The notes beneath the pieces were generated by a model that saw only the letters and a program-made list of their open reading frames with translations, was not told the origin of the DNA and searched no databases. A stretch of 64,000 bases of DNA from Patescibacteria group bacterium (GTDB lineage: Bacteria > Patescibacteriota > Minisyncoccia > Phycocordibacterales > PALSA-1337): assembly GCA_018971685.1 (NCBI GenBank), contig JAGXAG010000001.1, positions 19,162 through 83,161 on the forward strand, read 5' to 3'. The translations under genes were made by a program, and so were the position numbers. Positions 37,944-47,451 of the stretch are shown piece after piece; the first letter of the stretch is position 1; each line of letters opens with the position of its first letter.

Positions 37944-40025
37944 CTAAAAATCAATAAAAATCGCCTTGGCACCCGTCGGTTTCTCCGGGACATGTTCCTC
38001 GAGCGACTCTTTCGCGATATCATCAATAAACTCCGACGGCGCACTAACCCTCTGCGCCCCATAAATATTCCGCACGATCGCGTAGCTCAAAAACACCTTT
38101 TTCTTCGCTCTCGTCAGCGCTACATAGAAAAGCCGCCGCTCCTCTTCCTCATCCGCCCGGCTCACTTCCTTTTCGTCCGCGCGTTTGAACGGGAATAAAT
38201 CCTGTTCCAGCCCGGCGACGAAGACCGCGTCAAATTCAAGGCCTTTCGACGCATGCACTGTCATCAGCTTCACCGCATCTTCGTTTTTTTCTAGTTCGTC
38301 CTGATCCGTCGCCAGCGCCGCGTTTTCCAGGAATTTTTCTATGCCGCTTGCGCCGTCTTGCGCCGTTTGCACAGTCCCCGCATGCGCAAACGCTCCCGCG
38401 GCAGGCAGATCATCGTATTGCGTCGCCACCGAAACCAATTCTTGAATGTTCCTCAGCCGTTCCTCGTCATCAATGTCCCCTTTTTGGAATACCCGCGACA
38501 TTCCGGTTTCTTCGATGATAAATTTCACCGCCTCTGACGGCTTCTTTTCCATGATCTCTTTCTTGATATCGCCGAGCAGTTTCCAGAAGCCGGCGACTTT
38601 TTCTTTCATTGCCGGCGGCAGATCCGTCACGCCGGACGCCAGTTTTATGACCGTCGCTTTGCCTATGCCGCGCGGCGGCACATTGATGATTCTCGCTATG
38701 TCGCCCCAACTTTCGCTCGGTTCACCGGCGGGTTCGCTGAGGTCCGACTTCAGTATACTGATGTCCGACCTCAGCGAACCGTCGTGATTCAGCGCCGCGC
38801 GGACATAAGAAAGCACATCTTTTACCTCTTTCCGTTCGAAGAAGCGGGTGCCGATCAATTGGTATGGTATGTTTTTCTTTATAAACGCTTCTTCCAACGC
38901 CCTCGATTGAAAATTCGCCCGATACAGCACCGCGATTTCCCCGGGTGAAATGCCCGAAGCAATCAGCCTCTTGGCGGTGTCGGCGATCGCGCGCGCCTCG
39001 TCATTTTCGGTGTATGAAACCAGTAGTGAAATTTTTTCGCCCTCGATATTGTCCGTATAGAGCGTCTTGTCTTTGCGCAGAATGTTCTTCTTGATGATGT
39101 CATTCGCCGCCGACAGAATGATCTTCGTTGAGCGATAATTTTTCTCCAGCGTAATGACCGTCGCATCCGGATAATCTTTCTCGAAATTCAATATGTTTTC
39201 GATCGTCGCGCCGCGCCAGCCGTAAATATTCTGGTCCGCGTCGCCGACCGCGCAGATATTCGGCCGCGCCGCGCCGGCCAAGACTTGCCCGTCAGTCAGA
39301 TATTTGGCGATCTTGTATTGTACCCTATTCGTGTCTTGATATTCGTCTATATGCAGATATTGCCAAAGGCCGCCGTAATATTTGCGCATACCCTCGCGTT
39401 TTTCCAAGAATTGAGCCGTCTTCAGAAGCAAATCGTCGAAATCAAGCGCTTTTTCTTTGGCCAGAATCAATTCGTATTTTTCCCAGACGCCGGCCGCCAT
39501 TTCCTCGATGAAATCTTTGGCCGCGCCGAAATATTCGAGCCGGCCGATCCCGTCGCCTTTGGCCAGCGATATCTTGTTCAAGATAAATCCCGGATCGAAT
39601 TTTTTCGGATCGATCGACGACTGTTCCATCGCCTCTTTTATCGCCCTCTTCGAATCCGCCCGGTCGTATATCGTAAAATGCCTCGTCAAACCGAACTCTC
39701 TGGCATGCGCGCGTATGATCTGCACACCCAAGGAATGAAAAGTCGAGACGAACGGCCTTTCGCCGCGCGAATTTGACATCGAGACAGGCAAATTCAAGTC
39801 TTTGTCATTTGCGATCAGGCTCGCCACGCGGTCCCGCATCTCTCTTGCCGCCTTATTGGTGAAAGTTATTGCCAGGATGTTGTGCGGCGCCACTCCATTC
39901 CTGATCAAGTTCAATATTCGGTGCGTTATTACCCGCGTCTTGCCCGAACCCGCCCCGGCAATTATCAGCACCGGCCCATCAATCGTGTTCACCGCCTTTA
40001 ATTGTTCCGGATTTAACCCATCCAT
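37944..40025 (-). CDS. pcrA: UvrD/PcrA ATP-dependent DNA helicase
   Basis: AGAGSGKT, TFTNKAA, DEYQDTN, GDADQNIY, NYRS, TVHASKGLEF, EERRLFYVALTRA. Confidence 0.95.
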   Translation of the reverse strand: MDGLNPEQLKAVNTIDGPVLIIAGAGSGKTRVITHRILNLIRNGVAPHNILAITFTNKAAREMRDRVASLIANDKDLNLPVSMSNSRGERPFVSTFHSLGVQIIRAHAREFGLTRHFTIYDRADSKRAIKEAMEQSSIDPKKFDPGFILNKISLAKGDGIGRLEYFGAAKDFIEEMAAGVWEKYELILAKEKALDFDDLLLKTAQFLEKREGMRKYYGGLWQYLHIDEYQDTNRVQYKIAKYLTDGQVLAGAARPNICAVGDADQNIYGWRGATIENILNFEKDYPDATVITLEKNYRSTKIILSAANDIIKKNILRKDKTLYTDNIEGEKISLLVSYTENDEARAIADTAKRLIASGISPGEIAVLYRANFQSRALEEAFIKKNIPYQLIGTRFFERKEVKDVLSYVRAALNHDGSLRSDISILKSDLSEPAGEPSESWGDIARIINVPPRGIGKATVIKLASGVTDLPPAMKEKVAGFWKLLGDIKKEIMEKKPSEAVKFIIEETGMSRVFQKGDIDDEERLRNIQELVSVATQYDDLPAAGAFAHAGTVQTAQDGASGIEKFLENAALATDQDELEKNEDAVKLMTVHASKGLEFDAVFVAGLEQDLFPFKRADEKEVSRADEEEERRLFYVALTRAKKKVFLSYAIVRNIYGAQRVSAPSEFIDDIAKESLEEHVPEKPTGAKAIFIDF
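38731..38780. repeat. 50-nt double-core GTCGGAC palindrome, in-frame inside pcrA
   Basis: GGTTCGCTGAGGTC-c-GAC-t-TCAGTA|TACTGA-t-GTC-c-GACCTCAGCGAACC, encoding GSLRSDISILKSDLSEP. Confidence 0.88.
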
Positions 40026-40138
40026 GTTGTTGAAAATAACACAAAGCCCGTTGCTAATCTATCCTAATCTCCTTTCACCGACCATTCCGCATAAATTATT
40101 GACATCTTGGCAACAAACATGACTGTGTACAAACTCGA

Positions 40139-40166
40139 TTGACAATTCTCTCTCACCTGCTATTCT
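40139..40166 (+). promoter_or_regulatory. Sigma70 promoter for the LysM/M23 gene
   Basis: TTGACA-N16-TATTCT with an extended -10 TG. Confidence 0.6.
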
Positions 40167-40289
40167 GCACAAAGCACCCTAATGACAAATCATCATTGAG
40201 TGGCTCAACCGAGCCATTTGTTCATTAAGGAGCCACCTCCTGAAAGGATGGACGAAAGTAACGGCTGAACTCGGAAAGAAACACAATTT

Positions 40290-41423
40290 ATGCGATTTTC
40301 ATCAAATCCTCATAACAAAAATAAAAGTCATTTGAAGCGCCCATATTCATGGACAGCGACTTTAATCATAGCCATTACTACGCTTGTAGTTTCTTCAGGG
40401 ACCGCTTATGCCGGCCTCTTTTCTTTCCTGGCGCCACTCATCGAAGGTTCGCCGGTTTCGGCGCAAACTGTTACCGATAATAATCTGCAAAACCTTCAGA
40501 CCCTGGCTTTATTGCAAGCGGCTGTCAATACTGACCCAAACCCCAACAAGATTGCCGACGAAATACCGATCGAAAACAACAACACATTGTCTCCAAGCGT
40601 AGCTGCTTCCAATACTGGTACCGATTCCGACCAACTCAATACGCAAGTTACCAGTTACTCTGTCCAAGAGGGAGACAATCTCTCGGTTATCGCAAACATG
40701 TTCGACATCTCGGTTGATACAATCAAACAAGCTAATCATTTGATCGGCAATAATGTTCATGTCGGCCAATCACTGGTTATATTGCCTGTCTCTGGCGTTT
40801 TGTACGCTGTGAAAGCCGGTGATTCGATACAAAAAATTGCCGATAGGTACAAAGTAGACGAGAGTGATATTTACGCATACAACAATCTAACATCCTCGTC
40901 AGTCATAGTGAAAGGTCAAGAACTCATCATTCCTCACGGTAAACCTTCAGTTTCGGATGTCAATTCGTTCTTGGCTAGACAGAAAATGCATGTGCCTTCG
41001 TTTGAACCACTACTCGACCCTGTATGGAATTGGCCGTCGTACACCGATTATTGGACTTGTCCGGTACCCGGTGCACATCTATCTCAAGGTTTGCATGGGC
41101 ACAATGCTGTTGATTTAGCTATTGGCTTGAATACCCCTATACGCGCTGCCGCCGCCGGTACAGTCATTGTCAGCAAGTCTAATGGCTATTATGGACGCAG
41201 CTCTAACGGCGGTTATGGTAACTTCGTCATGATCGCTCATCCTAACGGCGCCGAAACCCTCTATGCCCACATGTCTAGACCGGCAGTTTCCGTCGGAGAG
41301 AGTGTTGCCCAGGGTGAAATCATCGGTTATATAGGTATGACCGGCATGACGACCGGACCCCATGTTCACTTTGAAATCCGCAATGCCGCCAATCCATTCG
41401 TCGACCCCGCGCTGTGTAAATGA
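40290..41423 (+). CDS. LysM + M23 peptidase (cell-wall hydrolase)
   Basis: Two LysM repeats (YSVQEGDNLS, YAVKAGDSIQ); HNAVD, YAHM, TGPHVHFE. Confidence 0.93.
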   Translation: MRFSSNPHNKNKSHLKRPYSWTATLIIAITTLVVSSGTAYAGLFSFLAPLIEGSPVSAQTVTDNNLQNLQTLALLQAAVNTDPNPNKIADEIPIENNNTLSPSVAASNTGTDSDQLNTQVTSYSVQEGDNLSVIANMFDISVDTIKQANHLIGNNVHVGQSLVILPVSGVLYAVKAGDSIQKIADRYKVDESDIYAYNNLTSSSVIVKGQELIIPHGKPSVSDVNSFLARQKMHVPSFEPLLDPVWNWPSYTDYWTCPVPGAHLSQGLHGHNAVDLAIGLNTPIRAAAAGTVIVSKSNGYYGRSSNGGYGNFVMIAHPNGAETLYAHMSRPAVSVGESVAQGEIIGYIGMTGMTTGPHVHFEIRNAANPFVDPALCK

Positions 41424-41425
41424 CA

Positions 41426-42943
41426 TCATAACCTTTGCCTGTATTGTAACGCCTCAAGAATATGGTCTTTTTCGACCGTCTCACTGTCCGCCAGGTCCGC
41501 AATCGTACGCGCCACTTTGATGACGCGATGGAAGGCGCGTCCGGAGAGTTCGAATCGGCCAGCCGATATTGATAATATTGAGCGCGCCTCGGAGCTCATT
41601 TCTATGCATTTTTCGATGTCTTTGGCGCCCATTTCGCTGTTATAAAATTTATCCGCGCGTAATGACTTGAATCTGTTCAGCTGTTTTTCCCTGGCGGCGG
41701 TTACGCGCCTCCTGATAACTTCTGATGGTTCGGCGTCTGATTCTCGTTGGGCTAATTTATCGTAATCAACCTTGTTAACATCGATCCAAATGTCGATACG
41801 GTCCAGAATAGGACCCGATATCCGCTTTTTATAAAATTCCAGCAGCCGTTCGGAACAATTACAACCGCGGTCTTTGCCTTTGCCGCAAGGACATGGATTC
41901 ATCGAAGCGATCAGCATGCATTGAGCCGGGAATCTGATCGTGCCCCGTGCCCGCGAAATCGTTATAAGCCGATCTTCCAGCGGCTGGCGTAAAGCTTCAA
42001 TGACGCTGCGGTCAAATTCCGGAAACTCGTCCATGAATAAGACGCCTCTGTGAGCCAGCGTGATTTCTCCGGGCCGAGGGAAAGCACCGCCGCCGACAAT
42101 CGAAGGGTATGATGCGGTATGGTGCGGCGATCGGAATGGCGGGCGCGTGATCAATCCGGATTGCAATACATGGGCCGCTGAATGAATACCTGTGACCTCG
42201 ACCGACTGTTCATAAGAAAGTGGCGGCAAGATCGAACAAAAGCTGTGTGCCAGCATTGTCTTGCCCGTTCCCGGCGGTCCGCACATGAGAATGTTATGCG
42301 CTCCGGCCGCGGCTATTTCCATGCCTCTTTTGGCGGTTTCATTGCCTCTGATTGTTCGCATGTTTATACACTCTTCCGATACTATGCTTTTATCATCGGT
42401 AGGCTTTAACGGCATAAGCTGCGCAGATCCGCCAATATGACCGATGATTTCATTGAGTGACGACGCAGCGAATATGGTTATACCGCGCGCCAGAGACGCT
42501 TCGATAGAGTTTTCTGCAGGTATGAACGCTTCTGTAAAGCCGTTCGCTGGCGCCTGACAAAGTATTGGCAGAAGCCCGGTTATTCTGCGGATATTCCCTC
42601 CCAGTGATAGCTCACCAAGGAACAATTTTCCTTTCGGATCGAATGAAATTTCTTCGGCTGCCGCAAGGTAAGCGAGCGCCATGGCCAAATCAAAAGCAGC
42701 CCCTTCCTTTCTGGCATCGGCCGGTGCCAACGATATAACAACTTTTTGGTTTTTCTGTTTGGGCGAGGCATAGCCGGAATTTTTCACTGCGGCCGAGACG
42801 CGATCTTTGGCTTCTTCCACAGCACGATCGCCCAAACCGACGATTGATAGGGCGTTAAGGCCGTTCGAGATGTCGACCTCTACGGTAACGATTTCCGACT
42901 GCAGTCCTACTAATTGCGCGCTGTATGATTTGGCGATGCTCAT
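41426..42943 (-). CDS. comM: ComM/YifB Mg-chelatase-like AAA+ ATPase
   Basis: GPPGTGKTM, PFRSPHHTAS, PGEITLAHRGVLFMDEFPEF, NPCPCG, SGPILDRID. Confidence 0.93.
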   Translation of the reverse strand: MSIAKSYSAQLVGLQSEIVTVEVDISNGLNALSIVGLGDRAVEEAKDRVSAAVKNSGYASPKQKNQKVVISLAPADARKEGAAFDLAMALAYLAAAEEISFDPKGKLFLGELSLGGNIRRITGLLPILCQAPANGFTEAFIPAENSIEASLARGITIFAASSLNEIIGHIGGSAQLMPLKPTDDKSIVSEECINMRTIRGNETAKRGMEIAAAGAHNILMCGPPGTGKTMLAHSFCSILPPLSYEQSVEVTGIHSAAHVLQSGLITRPPFRSPHHTASYPSIVGGGAFPRPGEITLAHRGVLFMDEFPEFDRSVIEALRQPLEDRLITISRARGTIRFPAQCMLIASMNPCPCGKGKDRGCNCSERLLEFYKKRISGPILDRIDIWIDVNKVDYDKLAQRESDAEPSEVIRRRVTAAREKQLNRFKSLRADKFYNSEMGAKDIEKCIEMSSEARSILSISAGRFELSGRAFHRVIKVARTIADLADSETVEKDHILEALQYRQRL

Positions 42944-43062
42944 GAAAGCATCTTACCAAAGCGAGATTACAGTTTGATTACAAACTGGTTACTTTTTGAT
43001 AACAAAAGTATGACTTTTTAATGACAAGATTTTACAAAATTGTCCGTGATTATTCCTCAAAA

Positions 43063-43428
43063 TCATTTGTGGAGGTGTTTGATGGAAATTCTAGCGCTCG
43101 GGTTGGCATCCAACCGTTCTCTTTCTATCGGTTCACCGCATTTCTCGCATATTCCGTAAGTTCCATTGGCTATCCTGTCCAACGCCGAGTTTATTTCCGA
43201 TAATTGATTTTCCAATTGTCCGGCGATGCCGGCGTTTTCTTCCAGTTCCTCGAATTTGTCGGCGACTTCATTTTCGTCCGCCGCATCTACTTCTATTTTG
43301 CCGCTGGTTGCTTCCCAGCCGCCTGGTCCGCTCGAGTCTTTCTGACTGATGCCGGAAAGTTCGGCCTCGATGTCGGCCTTTTCCGCCAGCAATTTTTTCT
43401 TGAAGTATTCCAAGTCTCTTTTGGTCAT
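43063..43428 (-). CDS. DksA/TraR-family protein
   Basis: Coiled coil with acidic tip, ALDRIANGTYGICEKCGEPIERERLDANP. Confidence 0.88.
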   Translation of the reverse strand: MTKRDLEYFKKKLLAEKADIEAELSGISQKDSSGPGGWEATSGKIEVDAADENEVADKFEELEENAGIAGQLENQLSEINSALDRIANGTYGICEKCGEPIERERLDANPSARISIKHLHK

Positions 43429-43437
43429 GGCATAATC

Positions 43438-45003
43438 CTAGCGCATAAAGCTTTGTTGTTCAAGCCGCGAGACGATTTCCGACAAGGATGCCTCGCCGCC
43501 GGAGAAGACCAGCTTGCTATTATCGACGAATGAATACAGGAACAAGGTGCGTCCGTCGCCGGTCTGGAATTCTCGTACATCTTTGTTGTGCACGATTCGA
43601 TCGACGAATTTTCCGCTTGGCGGCAGGTAATATTGCATGGTAAATCCCAGGTTTGCCGCAGAAGTGTTTGTCGAAGACGCGTTTACAGTTGCGGATGTTG
43701 TCGAGGATGTTATCGTTCCTCCCATGGTTGTAGTGGCGGTTGTGCTTGCAATCGGCGATTGCGAAACGGGCAGATTTGAAGTTACTATTGGCAAATACTG
43801 TTTCAGATCATCAGTCATGACGCTTTCCCAAGCCAGCATGCCGGCGAAAGCGTTTTGGAAATAATTGGTAGTGACGATTACGAAAGGCTGTTTTGTTCCG
43901 TCGGGACCGGCATAAACGCCGAACATCCACTGATCAGTTATTGTCCGTGCCAATGAATCTGGCACTGGTATATTCATCAAGCGGAGCATTTCCGGTCCAG
44001 TTACGGCGAGCGTTTGATTTCCGCTTATCTCCGTAAAATCGAATGCTTTGACGGTATTTGGTGCCTGTGGTTTTGCGATTTCCGCCTGCACACGGCTGAT
44101 TATTTGGTTGGCCGAAAGTCCGTCAACAGATATCGATACTATGGCATCGACCGGAATCATTTCGGTATTTGCCTGTTGTATCGGTGTAACGGTTTTGGGC
44201 GAAAGCGGGCTTTGATAATAAAGGTAATATGATCCGATCGAACCGATGCCGATCAAAATCAAGCTCAGGATCAGTAGCAATAATTTTTTGCCGGTATGCG
44301 AACTTTTATGGCTCGTTTTTTCATTGGAAACCGATCCCTGCTCGCCACCCTTTTTGTTTTCGGCTACTACCATCGAAGCCACTGATGCTTTTCTGTGGGC
44401 CATAAATCCTGCCACATCGCCTTCATATGTCCGAAGTGCTTTCTGGACGAAATTACCACCTTCTTTCTCTCTAAATTTTTCGATTATCGGCTGGCCGTCT
44501 TCACCCAGCGTTAGCGGTTTCGGCTGATCAATGATCATGTCCGTAGCTGTTTTGGGAATTGTTTCCGGAGTTTTCTGTGCTTTTGCTATGGATTGCGATA
44601 AATCCGAAATGGGTATGGATTGTTTTAGCGGTTGTTTAACAGGCTGTTTTGCTGATTGCGTCGGTTGTTGGATTTGAGGCATAGCGCCTTGATTTTTGTT
44701 TGATGTGCGATGTATGACAGCCTCAATGTTCATCTTCTTTATTTCGTCTTGAAGCGCGGTATTTGGCTGATCTTCATTCTGGATAGAGTTTGGTCTGTCG
44801 GGCACCTGTTCGTCGGTATCCCCGATCGGTTTTATATCGAAGTCCGGAGAAATTTCGAATATATGTTCGGGCGGGGCATCTGTTTCTTGTTCGGTTACAT
44901 CAGCTATGCCGCTCGGCGGCACCTCCGTTTCTGATTGCGGCTGAAATTTCGTATCGGGTTTGGCTGAATATTTTGGTAATGGCCGATTTTGTTCGTTGTT
45001 CAT
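43438..45003 (-). CDS. Single-pass membrane hypothetical protein
   Basis: Disordered N-terminus, LRTYEGD motif, TM segment, extracytoplasmic domain with a T/S-rich insert. Confidence 0.75.
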   Translation of the reverse strand: MNNEQNRPLPKYSAKPDTKFQPQSETEVPPSGIADVTEQETDAPPEHIFEISPDFDIKPIGDTDEQVPDRPNSIQNEDQPNTALQDEIKKMNIEAVIHRTSNKNQGAMPQIQQPTQSAKQPVKQPLKQSIPISDLSQSIAKAQKTPETIPKTATDMIIDQPKPLTLGEDGQPIIEKFREKEGGNFVQKALRTYEGDVAGFMAHRKASVASMVVAENKKGGEQGSVSNEKTSHKSSHTGKKLLLLILSLILIGIGSIGSYYLYYQSPLSPKTVTPIQQANTEMIPVDAIVSISVDGLSANQIISRVQAEIAKPQAPNTVKAFDFTEISGNQTLAVTGPEMLRLMNIPVPDSLARTITDQWMFGVYAGPDGTKQPFVIVTTNYFQNAFAGMLAWESVMTDDLKQYLPIVTSNLPVSQSPIASTTATTTMGGTITSSTTSATVNASSTNTSAANLGFTMQYYLPPSGKFVDRIVHNKDVREFQTGDGRTLFLYSFVDNSKLVFSGGEASLSEIVSRLEQQSFMR

Positions 45004-45025
45004 TAATCATATTATACAGAGAAAA

Positions 45026-45060
45026 TGAAAAGCCCGCACCTTTTCGATGCGGGCTTTTCA
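45026..45060. terminator. Intrinsic terminator after pnp
   Basis: TGAAAAGCCCGCA-N9-TGCGGGCTTTTCA, with a T-run on both strands. Confidence 0.85.
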
Positions 45061-45080
45061 TAAGAACGATATTTTTCGAT

Positions 45081-47234
45081 CTAATACCTCTTGCGGAATC
45101 CGCCGCCGAAGCCGTGGCGCGGCGGCTTGGGGGTTTCTTCTTTTTTGGCGAAGAAGTTGGGGTCGGCTTGTTTGACGGACAAATTGATACGACCTTTTTC
45201 GTCTATTTCTTTCACCACCACGGGTACTTTCATGCCTTCTTTGACATAGGTTTCGACTCTCTCAACTCGGAATGGAGCCATTTCCGAGACATGCACCATA
45301 CCTTCGGCGTTCGGTCCGATCTTCACGAAGAAGCCGAAGTCCATGAGTCGCGTTACTTCCCCGTCGAATCGTTCGCCGGGCATGTATTCACGGGTCATGT
45401 TGTATATGATTTCCTTGGCCTTCTCCGCGGTGCCGCCTTTGCCGGTGATGAATACCGATCCGTCGTCTTCGATTGTGATGTCTTCAACATGGGTGACATC
45501 GCGGATTTCGTTTATTGTTTTGCCGCCGGAACCGATGACTAGGCCGATCTGGTCGGGCTTTATTTTCATCGAGATGATTTCAGGCGCGTTTGGCGAGATT
45601 GATTCTCGCGGCCTGGCGATTTCTTTTTCGATCATGTCCAGGATTTGATAGCGGGCTTTCTTGGCCTTTTCGAGCGCTTCGGCTAGGATTTTGAGCGGTA
45701 TGCCGCCGACTTTGATATCCATCTGTACGGCCGTGATGCCTTCGCGCGTCCCGGCGACCTTAAAGTCCATGTCACCGTGGTGATCTTCGGGACCTTGGAT
45801 GTCGGTAAGGAGTTTGTATTCCTTGGGATTTCTCATCATAAGTCCACTGGCAATGCCCGCAACCGGCGCCTTGATAGGTACGCCCCCATCCATGAGTGCA
45901 AGAGTGGAGCCGCATACGGAACCCATAGAAGTGGAACCGTTGGATGCCATAGCTTCCGATACCAGCCGGATCGTGTAAGGGAATAGTTCTTTATTGGGGA
46001 TAACGGGTAGCAGTGCTTTTTCGGCGAGCGCGCCGTGGCCGATCATTCTCCGGTTTGTGCCGCCTATTCTGCCGGTTTCGCCGGTGGAGAACGGCGGGAA
46101 ATTGTAATGGTGCATGAAGCGCTTGTTTTCTTCAACAGTAACACCTTCGATAACCAAAGCATCGCCGGGACTGCCCAAGGTCAAAGTCGAAAGTATGTGC
46201 GTACCGCCGCGATAGAATATGCCGGAACCGTGAAGTATCGGCGACACCCCGCCTGCTTTGACGAACAGCGGTCGGATCTCATCCATTCCCCTTCCGTCGG
46301 CGCGCTTGCCGTTGTCTATAGCTTCGTCGTGGATCAATCGGTTGACGGCCTCTTCGAAAACTTCCTGCGCCATACCGGCATTGCCTTCCGGCATTTTCTC
46401 GGCGAAAGTCTCAGTCCAAATTTCATTGATCTCGGCGATCTTTTTCTTGCCGGGTTCATTCGAGAATACATATTTTTTGAGTTTTGGCGCGATCTCTTTG
46501 TCGAAAAGCTCTTGAGTACCGGGTGTCGGCTCCGGCAATTCGACCTTGGCCTTCGTTTTGCCGATTTCTTGAATGATCTGCGCTTGCCACTTTTGGATCT
46601 TCTCGATTTCCTCCGACGCTCTTGCCAATCCGTCATTCACAAGAGATTCGCCAACCTCTTTTGACGCGACTTCTATCATATTTATCATGCCGTCTTTGCC
46701 ACAGGCGACCAAATCCAGGACGATGCCGGCGTCTTCTTTGGCCTTAAAGTCGGGATTGACTATCCAATCGTGGTTTTTGCCTATTCTTACGGCCGAAACT
46801 GGTCCGTTCCAAGGGATATCGGATGTTCCGAGCGCGAGCGAAGCCGCGATGACGGATACGACATCGGGATCTTCATCGGCAATGGAGATTGTCGTCAATA
46901 CGACTTGAACTTCATTGCGCATTTTCTGGTCGAAAAGCGGCCTTATGGTGCGGTCTACGACGCGCCCTGAGAGTATGGCTTCGGTCGAGGGCCGCCCTTC
47001 CCTGCGCACGAACCGCGAACCCAAAATTCTGCCGGTGGCGTAAAATCTTTCTTCGTAATCGACGGTCAGCGGGAAAAAGTCCCCATCCTTTTTGCCGCCC
47101 ATGACGGCGGTGGCGAGAACGACGGTGTCGCCGTATCTCACCATCACGGCGCCGTTCGCCTGATCTGCGAGGTCGTTGAACTCCGCGGTCAATGTTTTGC
47201 CGCCGACCTCTATCGAGTATTCTTCTTTGGTCAT
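45081..47234 (-). CDS. pnp: Polyribonucleotide nucleotidyltransferase (PNPase)
   Basis: FFPLTVDYEE, RREGRP, SNGSTSM, DHHGDMDFKVAGT, KH and S1 domains. Confidence 0.97.
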   Translation of the reverse strand: MTKEEYSIEVGGKTLTAEFNDLADQANGAVMVRYGDTVVLATAVMGGKKDGDFFPLTVDYEERFYATGRILGSRFVRREGRPSTEAILSGRVVDRTIRPLFDQKMRNEVQVVLTTISIADEDPDVVSVIAASLALGTSDIPWNGPVSAVRIGKNHDWIVNPDFKAKEDAGIVLDLVACGKDGMINMIEVASKEVGESLVNDGLARASEEIEKIQKWQAQIIQEIGKTKAKVELPEPTPGTQELFDKEIAPKLKKYVFSNEPGKKKIAEINEIWTETFAEKMPEGNAGMAQEVFEEAVNRLIHDEAIDNGKRADGRGMDEIRPLFVKAGGVSPILHGSGIFYRGGTHILSTLTLGSPGDALVIEGVTVEENKRFMHHYNFPPFSTGETGRIGGTNRRMIGHGALAEKALLPVIPNKELFPYTIRLVSEAMASNGSTSMGSVCGSTLALMDGGVPIKAPVAGIASGLMMRNPKEYKLLTDIQGPEDHHGDMDFKVAGTREGITAVQMDIKVGGIPLKILAEALEKAKKARYQILDMIEKEIARPRESISPNAPEIISMKIKPDQIGLVIGSGGKTINEIRDVTHVEDITIEDDGSVFITGKGGTAEKAKEIIYNMTREYMPGERFDGEVTRLMDFGFFVKIGPNAEGMVHVSEMAPFRVERVETYVKEGMKVPVVVKEIDEKGRINLSVKQADPNFFAKKEETPKPPRHGFGGGFRKRY

Positions 47235-47248
47235 TAGTTTTATTTGCG

Positions 47249-47285
47249 CGGCTCACCGCACCGGTCGGACCGGTGCGGTGAGCCG
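47249..47285. repeat. GTC-G-GAC palindromic repeat (18-bp arms)
   Basis: CGGCTCACCGCACCGGTC-G-GACCGGTGCGGTGAGCCG, 14 nt upstream of the pnp start. Confidence 0.92.
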
Positions 47286-47316
47286 TTTTTCGCCCGCGAA
47301 TTTCAGACTTGAAGAG

Positions 47317-47337
47317 TACACCGGTCGGACCGGTGTA
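47317..47337. repeat. GTC-G-GAC palindromic repeat (10-bp arms)
   Basis: TACACCGGTC-G-GACCGGTGTA; its centre is exactly 60 nt from the previous copy. Confidence 0.9.
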
Positions 47338-47451
47338 AGCGTTCAAACCTGCCTATTCACAGGCGAATTATGCTTTTAATGTGCCCCTTACGGGTAGTTA
47401 CAATTTAGCAGATATGATGTCAGAATACCAGGATCATCGCCATCTTTTCTG

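Noticed and set aside
47249-47337. Two repeats with a spacer, CRISPR-like
   Set aside because: There are only two units, with unequal arms and no cas genes, and the same motif is dispersed across the window.
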